From Escherichia coli (GTDB lineage Bacteria > Pseudomonadota > Gammaproteobacteria > Enterobacterales > Enterobacteriaceae), in assembly GCF_044324785.1 (NCBI RefSeq), contig NZ_CP172127.1: a stretch of 64,000 bases of DNA; one strand, 5' to 3'. A program made the position numbers and the translations under genes. The notes under the pieces are model-generated. The model made no database searches. It had not been told where the DNA came from and was given only the letters and a program-made list of their open reading frames with translations. Numbering within the stretch: position 1 is the first letter of the stretch; each line of letters opens with the position of its first letter. Positions 23,001-32,081 of this stretch are shown one piece after another.

Positions 23001-23476
23001 GCCAGCAGGTTCAGGGGGCGCTGGAGCCGCTGTTCCAGCAAAATCCGGTGCTGAAGAAAATCCGCAACGGCGAGCCAGTCACGCAAAACGAGCTTGATGA
23101 ACTGGCGAAGCTGGTGCTGATCCAGAACCCCAACGTTGATATCCGGGCACTGAAAGAGTTCTATCCGCAGGCAACCGCCAGCCTGGATAAACTTTTGCGT
23201 ACCATCATCGGGATGGACAGCGACGCGGTGGAAGTGCGCTTTGCTCAGTTCGCCGCTGATAACAGTCTAACCAGCCAACAACTGCGCTTCCTGTCATTGC
23301 TGAAAAACCACATTCGCGATTACGGCACCATTGAAATGCGGCAGCTCTTTGAACAGCCTTTTACGCATATCCACAACGAAGGCGTTACCGGTGTGTTCCC
23401 TGATATAGAGCAGATCGCCCGCCTGCAAAAGATAGTCGAAGAGCTGGGTGTTGTGACCGACGCAGCGACGGTATAA
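20063..23476 (+). CDS. hsdR: Type I restriction enzyme HsdR subunit (second type I system; family not assigned)
   Basis: ~1137 aa; motifs GYADYVLW...LAVVEAKK, Walker A QATGTGKTR and DEAH-like IIADESHRS; first ATG at 20063 (ORF track begins at an upstream TTG). Confidence 0.9.
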   Translation: MEQSLNFEMLRSQWPELAELACMAERYVHSDPESCLVKLRNYTELMVRWLYRQERLPEGIKANLYDLMNADVFTSMMPEAIIMKMDALRIHGNRAAHGGRIKAKDTYWLLKEAYLLGIWLYVRYAHGNVDDCPKFTLPPLTQSSGRADEKRLEDAIKAQDESRERELALQRALQQEQEKAEHLTQRLNEARARNQHVADILSIDEAETRRRLIDSRLLAADWNVGEELKNTDQVTQEHPVKEQPTATGDGYADYVLWDEAHKPLAVVEAKKTSVNAEQGRIQARLYADWLEKEYGQRPVIFYTNGYDIWLWDDHKTHGYPPRRVFGFYSKESLQYLIQQRETRLPLNSVPHVKDNEGKAVAGRLYQLETIARVSERFTNKYRQSLIVQATGTGKTRVAIALSKLMIDARWVKRVLFLCDRKELRKQAANAFNQFTNEPLYVVGKSKKADRQNARIYIATYPGMMKIMDHFDVGYFDLIIADESHRSIYNVYGDLFKYFDALQIGLTATPIDMVSKTTFGLFGCEGRIPTANYSLEDAIADNNLVPYEVVTHTTEFLREGIKREKLSDAQIRELEEQGIDPNTLEFDGKALDEAIYNKDTNRYILRNLMENGLKDRDGQLPGKTIIFARNHKHALLLNELFDDMYPQFAGRFCQVIDNYDPRAEQLIDDFKGLDESTNKELTIAISVDMLDTGIDVPEIVNLVFAKPVKSKVKFWQMIGRGTRLCPGLYGYDDNGKPLDKQKFRIFDHWGNFEYHELHAEEAEVTATKSLAQKRFEAWVMLGAAAQRKFDKQAVDLVAHQLREQINALDEKSIAVQEKWQQKAQYSDEKVLRQLSPKTQQDLLSILAPLMQWLDVRGQSDAIRFDMDILAAQTARYTNPEELDVLWPAIVEKVERLPPHLAQVQQQGQRINQLRDLGWWKQASLEELEDIRIHLRGIMHLMEKDTTPKFGSIQVDITEDANLIQTETRKTNIRSIDFKLYRQQVQGALEPLFQQNPVLKKIRNGEPVTQNELDELAKLVLIQNPNVDIRALKEFYPQATASLDKLLRTIIGMDSDAVEVRFAQFAADNSLTSQQLRFLSLLKNHIRDYGTIEMRQLFEQPFTHIHNEGVTGVFPDIEQIARLQKIVEELGVVTDAATV

Positions 23477-23490
23477 TACGCACATGACAA

Positions 23491-23516
23491 GCCCCGGCAG
23501 CGGGGCTTTTGTATTT
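23491..23516 (+). terminator. Rho-independent terminator between hsdR and hsdM
   Basis: GC hairpin GCCCCG-GCAG-CGGGGC followed by TTTTGTATTT, 15 bp after the hsdR stop. Confidence 0.7.
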
Positions 23517-23539
23517 AAAACAGGATATAAAAGCTAACA

Positions 23540-25174
23540 ATGATCACTGGTGACTTAAAAAGTAAAATCGACGGCCTGTGGGAAGATTTCTGGGTGGGTG
23601 GTATCACCAACCCGCTGACCGTAATCGAACAGATCACCTACCTGATGTACTCCCGGATGCTGGATACCCAGGAACAACGCGACGAGAAGCGTAAACAAAT
23701 CGCGGGTATTGATTTTAAACCGCGTTTTGCGCCAGAACAGCAGGAGTTCCGTTTCAGTCACTATAGCAACCTTGGCTCGGATGAGATGATGGAAGTGGTG
23801 CGCGATGGCGTATTCCAGCATTTTCGTCAGCTCGGCCTGGCTGATACATCAAAGGTGACGCTGCTGGGCAACTTTATGAAAGATGCCCGTCTGGAGATTG
23901 TTAAGCCGTCATTGCTGACCAAAGCGGTTGAGGTGATCAAAAACCTGCCATTGGATCGCGGCGATACCAAAGGCGACCTTTACGAATACCTGTTAAGCAA
24001 GCTGACCACTGCCGGGATCAACGGCCAGTTCCGCACGCCACGCCACATTATCCGCACGATGGTTGAAATGATGGAGCCGAACCCGGCCCGCGGCGAGATG
24101 ATTTGCGATCCGGCCTGTGGCACCGGTGGTTTTCTGGCAACCAGCTATGAATATCTGCTGGAGAAGTACAGCTCGCTGGAATCCATTCATACTGAGATTG
24201 GCACCAACGAACGTGGCGAGCTGGAAGAGCAAAAAATCTTTACCGGCGATCTGCTGATACCGTGGCGTAACCATGTGGATAACAATATGTTCCACGGTTA
24301 CGACTTTGATACCACAATGCTGCGTATCGCCGCCATGAACCTGATTATGCACGGCGTGGAAGCGCCGGATATTCACTATCAGGACACCATGAGCCAGAGC
24401 TTCAGCACTAACTTCCCTCAGGCAAGTAAAAACGCTTTCAACCTGATTCTGGCGAACCCGCCGTTTACCGGTTCACTGGACGAGGAAGATATCGACTCCA
24501 CGCTGTCGGCAATGGTGAAAACCAAAAAAACTGAACTACTGTTCCTGGCGCGTATTCTGCAAATGCTGAAAGTGGGCGGGCGCAGTGCCACTATCGTGCC
24601 GCAGGGCGTGTTGTTTGGCTCCAGTAAGGCGCACCAGTCACTTCGCAAAACGCTGGTGGAAGATAACCAACTGGAAGCGGTGATCAACCTGCCTTCCGGT
24701 GTATTTAAGCCTTACGCTGGCGTGGCAACGGCTATCCTGATCTTTACCAAAGGCGGTCAGACGGACGAGGTCTGGTTCTACGATCTGCAAAATGATGGCT
24801 ACAGCCTGGATGACAAGCGTAACCCGATTAAAGACAACGACCTGCCGCATCTGCTGGCAAGCTGGAAGCATTACCGTACTTTGCGTGGTTTGCCGGTAGA
24901 TAACTTTATGGGTGAGAAGTTAGCCTCGTTGCTTAAACAGCAGTACCCGGAAGGGATTGATGCTGGCGTTGATTTTAAAGATCGCACTCAGTCGGCGTTC
25001 GTAGTTCCAAAAGAAGATATTGCTGCGCAGAAATACGATCTCTCTATTAATCGTTATAAAGAAGTGGTGTATCAGGCGGAGGAATATGAAGATCCGAAGG
25101 TGATACTGAAACGATTAAAAGATCTGGAAAAAGAGATTCTGGCGGATTTGGATGAGCTGGAGGGGATGCTGTGA
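23540..25174 (+). CDS. hsdM: Type I methyltransferase subunit HsdM (second system)
   Basis: 544 aa; FRTPRHI, AdoMet-binding DPACGTGGF and catalytic NPPF motifs. Confidence 0.9.
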   Translation: MITGDLKSKIDGLWEDFWVGGITNPLTVIEQITYLMYSRMLDTQEQRDEKRKQIAGIDFKPRFAPEQQEFRFSHYSNLGSDEMMEVVRDGVFQHFRQLGLADTSKVTLLGNFMKDARLEIVKPSLLTKAVEVIKNLPLDRGDTKGDLYEYLLSKLTTAGINGQFRTPRHIIRTMVEMMEPNPARGEMICDPACGTGGFLATSYEYLLEKYSSLESIHTEIGTNERGELEEQKIFTGDLLIPWRNHVDNNMFHGYDFDTTMLRIAAMNLIMHGVEAPDIHYQDTMSQSFSTNFPQASKNAFNLILANPPFTGSLDEEDIDSTLSAMVKTKKTELLFLARILQMLKVGGRSATIVPQGVLFGSSKAHQSLRKTLVEDNQLEAVINLPSGVFKPYAGVATAILIFTKGGQTDEVWFYDLQNDGYSLDDKRNPIKDNDLPHLLASWKHYRTLRGLPVDNFMGEKLASLLKQQYPEGIDAGVDFKDRTQSAFVVPKEDIAAQKYDLSINRYKEVVYQAEEYEDPKVILKRLKDLEKEILADLDELEGML

Positions 25175-26349
25175 GTTGGCCGATGGTGAAGTTAGGCGAA
25201 ATTTTTACTATATCTCGAGGGGGGTCTCCAAGACCTATTCAAGATTATATTACTGACTCCTGTCATGGAGTAAATTGGATAATGATTGGTGATACTGAGC
25301 CAAATTCAAAATACATTAGACATACAGCAAAAAAAATAAAGTTTGAAGGAGTGAAAAAATCCAGAAAGGTCTACCCTGGAGATTTATTACTTACAAACTC
25401 TATGAGTTTTGGGCGTCCATATATACTTGATGTTGAAGGATGTATACATGATGGATGGTTGGTTCTAAGTCCTAAAAATAATCAAATACATATTGATTAT
25501 TTTTATCATTATTTAAATTCTCCAGCTGCAAAAATCATCATATCAAACAAGGCTGCTGGTGCAGTTGTAAAAAATTTGAACTCAGATATCGTGAGAAACT
25601 TGGAAATTCCGTTCCCTCCATTTGCGGAACAGGTAAGGATAGCTTCAACTCTCGATAAAGTCGATGGCATACGTCAAAAACGCGACCAAGCCATCAAACT
25701 GGCTGATGATTTTTTGCGTGCTACGTTTTTAGCGATGTTTGGTGATCCTGTTGAAAACCCGAAGAGATGGGATGTTGCTTCTTTGTTAGAATATGGTTCA
25801 TTTAAAAATGGAATGAATTTTACGAAAGGTGAGTCAGGCTCTGTACTGAAGTGCCTGGGAGTTGGCAATTTCAAATCACTAGCAACGATTACCTGTATGG
25901 ACAATATCGGTGAAATTGAATTAAATACTCTCCCTTCAGATGATTATCTTTTGAAAGATGGTGATATCGTCTTTGTCCGTTCTAATGGTAATAAAGCCTT
26001 GGTCGGAAGATGTCTTACTATTTATCCAGGCAAAGAGAAAGTTACATTTAGTGGATTTTGTATCCGCTACAGAATAGAAAATACTGCAATCACCCCAGAA
26101 TATCTTAACTTTCTCTTCCGTACACCTTCAATGAAACAGCAAATGTTAAGCGGGGGGCAAGGAGCGAATATTCAGAATATTAGCCAAGGTACCTTATCCG
26201 CACTCAGGATACCAGTCCCTCCCTTAGAAAAACAACAGGCATTTTCTAAAGTAGTGAGTTTTCACTCGGCACTAATGGAAAAACTAGATATTAATACAGT
26301 TGAAATAGAAGATATGTTTGACTCAATCAGTCAACAATATTTTAATTAA
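25171..26349 (+). CDS. hsdS: Type I specificity subunit HsdS (second system)
   Basis: 392 aa; start overlaps the hsdM stop (GTG at 25171, or ATG at 25183); two AT-rich variable regions plus conserved HsdS helices. Confidence 0.85.
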   Translation: MSWPMVKLGEIFTISRGGSPRPIQDYITDSCHGVNWIMIGDTEPNSKYIRHTAKKIKFEGVKKSRKVYPGDLLLTNSMSFGRPYILDVEGCIHDGWLVLSPKNNQIHIDYFYHYLNSPAAKIIISNKAAGAVVKNLNSDIVRNLEIPFPPFAEQVRIASTLDKVDGIRQKRDQAIKLADDFLRATFLAMFGDPVENPKRWDVASLLEYGSFKNGMNFTKGESGSVLKCLGVGNFKSLATITCMDNIGEIELNTLPSDDYLLKDGDIVFVRSNGNKALVGRCLTIYPGKEKVTFSGFCIRYRIENTAITPEYLNFLFRTPSMKQQMLSGGQGANIQNISQGTLSALRIPVPPLEKQQAFSKVVSFHSALMEKLDINTVEIEDMFDSISQQYFN

Positions 26350-26370
26350 TCAGGATTATTATTAATAAAA

Positions 26371-27057
26371 ATGAAAAAAATTGATATGCGAATACTGGTC
26401 CTGTTTATACTGGCCGTAATGCCTTTGTTGCCCTATCTTTATATTTTTCATGAAGGTTTTTCCCATAAGTCTGATGATTGGGGTAATTTTGGTTCTTTTA
26501 TGGGAGGAGCCGTTGCTCCTTTCCTTTCGGTACTGAGTATAGTATTGGTTTTGAGAACAATTGAATTAACTCAAAAGAACCATGCCGAGCAACTATCACA
26601 AGTAACAAAAGAGCATAACTACAATAAATTCAATGATCTGTGCGATTTCCTTGAAAAATCTATATTAAAGAGTTGGTTGGTTAATGATAAAGAAAGACGA
26701 CAACAGGTTATCCAGTCTTTAACAATAACAACTATTGGTGATGTCGTTTTTCGTTCTAATGAAAATGCGACACCTGAAGAACAACGTCGGTATGCAGAAG
26801 AAAATGCACAAAGAGTATTGTCATTCATGTCAGATGATATCAGAGAAATAATAGTTTGCCTCGATTATTTTTGTGACTTTATCCTGGATGATAAAAATCA
26901 TGATACTGAATTCATGAAAAATATCGCAGAAATAAGGCTGGATAATCATGTTCGATTCATTATATCTCTATATGTTTACCTAAATAATAAAAATTTAAAT
27001 CTATTATTAAATAAAAAATGGAAGAGCTTTAGACCATCTATAGACGAGTTGGTATAA
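26371..27057 (+). CDS. Hypothetical 2-TM membrane protein (228 aa), same strand and 22 bp downstream of hsdS
   Basis: Two predicted N-terminal transmembrane helices (ILVLFILAVMPLLPYLYIF; FMGGAVAPFLSVLSIVLVL) followed by a ~165-aa soluble domain; very AT-rich. Confidence 0.6.
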   Translation: MKKIDMRILVLFILAVMPLLPYLYIFHEGFSHKSDDWGNFGSFMGGAVAPFLSVLSIVLVLRTIELTQKNHAEQLSQVTKEHNYNKFNDLCDFLEKSILKSWLVNDKERRQQVIQSLTITTIGDVVFRSNENATPEEQRRYAEENAQRVLSFMSDDIREIIVCLDYFCDFILDDKNHDTEFMKNIAEIRLDNHVRFIISLYVYLNNKNLNLLLNKKWKSFRPSIDELV

Positions 27058-27097
27058 CTATTGTCCCGCCAATTGTTTTATAATTGGCGGGATGTCA

Positions 27098-30000
27098 TTA
27101 TTTTTTGAACTCAACCAGTCTCTTATATTGGGGGGTATTAATTAACTTTTTCTTAGCTTTGATAATATCGACCAAACAGATTTCTATTTCCTCAGCACAT
27201 CCTCGTTGATTATCCATAATCAAACTGATAAGTTCTAATGTTTGAGATGGAAATTTATTTGGTATCTCTGACTCGTATAATTTTTTCAGTGTATAATGAG
27301 GCCATTCAAATGGAATGATCCACGGTTTTACAGTATCGAATATATCCTGAAACCTATCCTGGCCCGCAATACAGAGTTGCACTAAATTCTCTGAAATTCC
27401 CGGCGTCCTTAACTTTTGAGATTTTGGCCATATCTTCTTTAAAAATATTTTTATACAGTTATCCCAATATTCAGAATATTGTTCTCCTGAGCTTTCAATT
27501 GCATCTACAAGAGTATTAGTTGAGATTATCAGGCTCTCCGATGGAAGATTTCTAAACGCTTTTTGATAATCGTCAAGAACATAGTCTTTTGTCGGTTCAA
27601 GTGCAGCATATGTCAAAAAGATAGTATATTGTTTTTTAGCATCAGTATCTCCAAGATCTTGATAGTGTTCCGCTGTTTTCAAAAAAGCTTGTTTAAATGC
27701 AGCAAGCAATGGGGCATAAAGACGAGGGGTCCATAAGAAACCAGGCCATACTGATTTTGCTTCAAGAAAATTACTATCCCAAATAAATAATGGTAGAAGG
27801 TACTTTTTCGCCCAATTTGTGTCAACTCTGAATAATGGGATCAAATTTGAGGCTAAAATAACTCTGGAATTTCTGAAAGAGATATTATGGGTGTCACATA
27901 GCTTTGTGAAAAAGACTTTCAATTTATCTGGTATGCCCTCATTATCATGCGGCTTACCATTGAGCCATATATTTATTAATGCTTGTGTAATATTTCCTAC
28001 AGGATGATTTATAGCTTGTATTATTGATTTATAATCATCTGTTTCATCGTAACTAAAATCTATAATACGCTGACAATATGTAGTATAAACATCATTCAAC
28101 TCACTCATTCCTGTGGAAATTTTCGCTAACCATTGAGCGAGGCTGTGCTGAATCTCAGGGAATAAATCATCTGGAATATTTAATAATAATGGTCCTATTT
28201 CTTGCCAGGACTCCTGAATCAGGTCTTTATCACACCAAGTCTGTAAACCTGAACGCCAATATTTGCATGGCCAAATATCCTCCATGGCTAATTCGCGAAG
28301 CACACAAACAATCATCGGTAAGTTTTGTTTACATATTTCGATCCAGTTATCACGTTCAAACGGAGATGATTTCTTATTATCAGCCCTTTCTCTTAACCAG
28401 TTGATGATGCCGTCCTTTGTATCTGGGACCATTTCTGTAATTATTTCCTCTTCAAAATCGGGATCTCCTGTTCCACTCATCCAATGCGAAAATTCGTCTC
28501 TTTCATTTGTGGTCAATTTCCAGTAAGGATGTTTTTCTGATAAAAAATCCAATTTGTTCTGTGCATTTATATTGAGCTTTACACCTGAAAATTGTAGTTT
28601 TGATAAGAACAACCATATATTTCTTTCGACTATATTTTCCCATTCATTCTCATTAATAGAAATATTGAATAATTCCTGTGAATATCCTAGTGTTATTGCA
28701 TTTTCAAGCTTTCGTTGTTCAATGGCAGTTAGTGTTTTACCTTGCAAAACGAAGAGTCGGCAAACTTCACGATGAGTATCAATAGCCCACAACCAATAGC
28801 CATTTTGTTCCAGTAATAGATTCACCCATTCTTTAGCATCAATGCATTCATTATAACTGGCAGAAAAAATGACCAAACGCTTAAATACTGGATATGGAAA
28901 TGACCACCAATTTAAAGCAAGTTTTTTAGCTTTGTTTTTATCTATTTCATAGATTTGCAACCAAGAATCTCTCAAAAGTTCAATTAGTTTCACCCAATTA
29001 CGATAACCTCTATTTTGCCAATGAGGCGTAATTGATGGTAAGTCCCAAAAAGATCGATCACTTGCACTTATGGAATTATCATTCAGTTCAAATTGTAAAT
29101 CCATCGCATCAAGAAGTAATTGTTGAAGATCATCAAACAAGGATGGCAAGATTTCCTTCCATATTGATTTATTTTCTAAATCTTGTAGCCAATAAAGATC
29201 TGTTGATATATTTAATTCATGCCTTACAGATTGTGAAATATTTTTTTCATTTTGGGATGATTTATTAAAATTTAGTTGAAAAGGTTGTTGCAGGATAAGG
29301 GTAGGCGCTAAAATTTTTCTTAGCGCTAACCGGCAAGCCATATTGAAATTGCCATGTTGAAATTGATCTATCCAATAATTATTTTCATATACAGATGAAT
29401 TGGTCCCTATTCTTCCTGCTAAGAATAAACGCCAAATAGCTCGTAAATTCTGAGATGGGATCGCATGTAGTCCTTCTTGCTTGATACGTTTGAGAGACTG
29501 CTCCTCATTGTTTCTTTCTAATCGTTCAATCTCACTCAACCTATTACTTATTAAATTTGATAACTGGGGATGCAGTTTTCCCCCTTGCTTTGCTAACCAA
29601 ATGATTAAGTCAACGTTACCAATATGTTTTATCAGCCATAAACAAATATATACCATAACAGAATCCCACTGACAAAATTCGCCACCAAAAGAAGCTAAAC
29701 TCATTCGTGGTGAAAGTTTGTATGAGGAAGGGCGATTAATCAGGCTAAATTGAAGATTAGGATCAAATTCAGAATGGGCCGGGGTATTAAAGCGAGGTAG
29801 ATCTGGATATCTATAAGATTTTTTTTCAAATTCCCATAACCAACTTAGTGTGGGAGCAGGATTCATTTCTGCCAGGCGTTTTGCGGGCTTACCGGAATTA
29901 TCACTTAATGCCCATAAAACCCTTCCAACAAAATTATCCTCTTGAGTACTTGTCGAAGGATGGGCAATTACATATTGGGCTACAATTCTTTCTTTACCCA

Positions 30001-30889
30001 TACTTCCATTGTTATATATTTCTCCCCATATTTTTAATGTCTCATGAAGTAATTCATGCTTCTTAGTCGTTTTGTACAAAACAGGAATGACCCCTTTGGC
30101 TTCCCAAATTTCAGCCGTTGTAGATTCTTCATTTGGTTTATAATCTGCAAAGGCATATGCTTGAGGGGTATATTCGCCTAACATCCTATCTGCTGCTAAA
30201 GCATCCATCATATAGCGTAATACAGGATCATTAATACTATATCCTATAAAACAAACAACATAGTTTCTAAATAGTTCACTTACAAATCTGGCAGCCCATC
30301 TTTCTGTTAAATAAGCACATCCGAAATCACCACTGGTAACTACCAGACGGTTCAACTCTGTATGATTTTTTTTATCATGAGGTAATATTCCGTGCAAGTA
30401 AACCACTCCATTCCATCTACTATTTTTTGGAACAGGTAACATAGGTGCCAAATATGATGTTAGTTTCTTCTCCATATTTTTCGCAGCTATGTCAAAAAGA
30501 TGATCAAAATTTGTGGTGACAAGTCGTATGCGCCCACCTTGATCTTGAGATAATTGTAAGAGAGCATTATGAGTTGTTAGGGCATTTTTTCTTCGAACCT
30601 TTGGTTTCAATATCTGAGACAATGCATAGCGTACAGTTTGTTTATTTCCTACTATTCTTCTCTCAAGAAGTTCTAATGTTGTATCATATTGGTAAGCTTT
30701 ATAGGCGGCTTCTTCGAGAGCATTCCGTGTTTCACCGATTCTTTGATATATGTTGTCAACCAAATCTCCAAACCCCGGTAATCCAGCAGGATATGAAATT
30801 CCCGCTCCGCAGAAGAATACAACTTTCCCCTCTTCGTGTGCTTGTAGTAATGAATCGGGAATATCTGGACCATTAGTAATAAACTGCAT
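27098..30889 (-). CDS. Large SIR2-domain protein (1263 aa): N-terminal sirtuin-like NADase domain plus ~1000-aa helical C-terminal region; candidate defence-associated sirtuin (DSR-like) single-gene defence protein
   Basis: N-terminal Rossmann motif VVFFCGAGISYPAGLPGFGDL (GAGIS), TTNFDHLF (TTN-D motif) and a conserved His in VYLHGIL, as in SIR2/DSR/ThsA NADases; no similarity to housekeeping CobB is evident; monocistronic on the minus strand. Confidence 0.7.
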   Translation of the reverse strand: MQFITNGPDIPDSLLQAHEEGKVVFFCGAGISYPAGLPGFGDLVDNIYQRIGETRNALEEAAYKAYQYDTTLELLERRIVGNKQTVRYALSQILKPKVRRKNALTTHNALLQLSQDQGGRIRLVTTNFDHLFDIAAKNMEKKLTSYLAPMLPVPKNSRWNGVVYLHGILPHDKKNHTELNRLVVTSGDFGCAYLTERWAARFVSELFRNYVVCFIGYSINDPVLRYMMDALAADRMLGEYTPQAYAFADYKPNEESTTAEIWEAKGVIPVLYKTTKKHELLHETLKIWGEIYNNGSMGKERIVAQYVIAHPSTSTQEDNFVGRVLWALSDNSGKPAKRLAEMNPAPTLSWLWEFEKKSYRYPDLPRFNTPAHSEFDPNLQFSLINRPSSYKLSPRMSLASFGGEFCQWDSVMVYICLWLIKHIGNVDLIIWLAKQGGKLHPQLSNLISNRLSEIERLERNNEEQSLKRIKQEGLHAIPSQNLRAIWRLFLAGRIGTNSSVYENNYWIDQFQHGNFNMACRLALRKILAPTLILQQPFQLNFNKSSQNEKNISQSVRHELNISTDLYWLQDLENKSIWKEILPSLFDDLQQLLLDAMDLQFELNDNSISASDRSFWDLPSITPHWQNRGYRNWVKLIELLRDSWLQIYEIDKNKAKKLALNWWSFPYPVFKRLVIFSASYNECIDAKEWVNLLLEQNGYWLWAIDTHREVCRLFVLQGKTLTAIEQRKLENAITLGYSQELFNISINENEWENIVERNIWLFLSKLQFSGVKLNINAQNKLDFLSEKHPYWKLTTNERDEFSHWMSGTGDPDFEEEIITEMVPDTKDGIINWLRERADNKKSSPFERDNWIEICKQNLPMIVCVLRELAMEDIWPCKYWRSGLQTWCDKDLIQESWQEIGPLLLNIPDDLFPEIQHSLAQWLAKISTGMSELNDVYTTYCQRIIDFSYDETDDYKSIIQAINHPVGNITQALINIWLNGKPHDNEGIPDKLKVFFTKLCDTHNISFRNSRVILASNLIPLFRVDTNWAKKYLLPLFIWDSNFLEAKSVWPGFLWTPRLYAPLLAAFKQAFLKTAEHYQDLGDTDAKKQYTIFLTYAALEPTKDYVLDDYQKAFRNLPSESLIISTNTLVDAIESSGEQYSEYWDNCIKIFLKKIWPKSQKLRTPGISENLVQLCIAGQDRFQDIFDTVKPWIIPFEWPHYTLKKLYESEIPNKFPSQTLELISLIMDNQRGCAEEIEICLVDIIKAKKKLINTPQYKRLVEFKK

Positions 30890-31038
30890 CTCGTTGCCTG
30901 GTTAGTTTGTGAAATGAATTTTGATTATAAATCTTCTTTATTGGTTCATGTAAGAAATCGGCACTGCCTTTTGACCGATAGCTGATATAGTATGTCTAAG
31001 TTATGATGATATAACATTTCTTACCTTGGATAGTAACA

Positions 31039-32004
31039 ATGCCTTTAGATTTAAGTAAAACTTTAGTTATTGGCATCAGCGCGACTGCGCTTTTTGATAT
31101 GAGTGAATCAGATCACATGTTTCGCGAAACCTTTGTGACTGATCCTGATAGCGCCATTGAAAAATACCGCGCTTATATGCTAGAACACGAAAACCAACCT
31201 TTACAGCCCGGAACAGGCTACCCCTTAGTCAAAGCGTTGCTGGGTCTGAACCAGTACCGTCAACCGGATGATAAATCGCCGTTGGTTGAGGTTGTTGTGA
31301 TGTCACGTAACAGCCCTGATACCGGTATCCGTGTTCTGAATACTATTCGCCATGACAGGCTCGATATCACTCGATCGGCCTTTACGGCAGGCGAAACCGT
31401 TGCCGATTACCTTGATGCCTTTGATGTGGATCTGTTTTTAACGACCAACGTCGAGGATGCGCAAAAGGTGATTGATTCCCGATTCTGCGCCGCTGCAATC
31501 CTGAAAGATCCTCCTTCCGACGCATCTGATATCCCGGAAGGGCAAGTGCGCATTGCTTTTGACGGCGACGCGGTACTTTTTTCCGATCAAAGCGAACTGG
31601 TTTATAAGACCCAAGGAATGGCTGCCTTTCATGCTCAGGAAGACGCGCAGCAGGATATCCCTATGGAAGAGGGGCCTTATGCCACTTTGCTAAAAAAAAT
31701 AGCCAAGCTTCAGGAACGATTGCCGACCCGCGTTGAGTATTCTCCTGTTCGTATTGCGCTGGTGACAGCCCGAAATAGCCCTTCGGAAATGCGCGTTATT
31801 AAAACGCTAAGAAGCTGGGGGGTATATGTCGATGAAGCTTTTTTTCTTGGCGGTGTAGAGAAAACAAAAGTTCTGAAGGCGTTTAAGCCACACATTTTCT
31901 TTGACGATCAGGATGTACATTTGATCGCGGCTGCAAAGGTAGTACCTTCTGGTAAAGTACCTTATGCCAGTAACTCCGAACTGGCAGAACGTGAAGCATC
32001 GTGA
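31039..32004 (+). CDS. HAD-superfamily 5'-nucleotidase-like protein (321 aa)
   Basis: HAD motif I-like FDGDAVLF (DxDxV); overall resemblance to the bacterial/eukaryotic cytosolic 5'-nucleotidase family from memory; divergent from the SIR2 gene with a 149-bp intergenic region. Confidence 0.55.
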   Translation: MPLDLSKTLVIGISATALFDMSESDHMFRETFVTDPDSAIEKYRAYMLEHENQPLQPGTGYPLVKALLGLNQYRQPDDKSPLVEVVVMSRNSPDTGIRVLNTIRHDRLDITRSAFTAGETVADYLDAFDVDLFLTTNVEDAQKVIDSRFCAAAILKDPPSDASDIPEGQVRIAFDGDAVLFSDQSELVYKTQGMAAFHAQEDAQQDIPMEEGPYATLLKKIAKLQERLPTRVEYSPVRIALVTARNSPSEMRVIKTLRSWGVYVDEAFFLGGVEKTKVLKAFKPHIFFDDQDVHLIAAAKVVPSGKVPYASNSELAEREAS

Positions 32005-32013
32005 TTATCGCTG

Positions 32014-32048
32014 ACAAACCATTTAGTCATTAAGGCTGGATGGTTTGT
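32014..32048. terminator. Inverted repeat (9-bp stem ACAAACCAT / ATGGTTTGT) between the convergent nucleotidase and HNH genes
   Basis: Read directly, 10 bp after the nucleotidase stop. Confidence 0.4.
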
Positions 32049-32081
32049 ATACCACACGCAAAATAACTGCCCTACCCCAGA

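Noticed and set aside
27819-30876. Several 60-100-aa plus-strand ORFs
   Set aside because: All antisense to the 1263-aa SIR2 gene in AT-rich DNA; chance ORFs.
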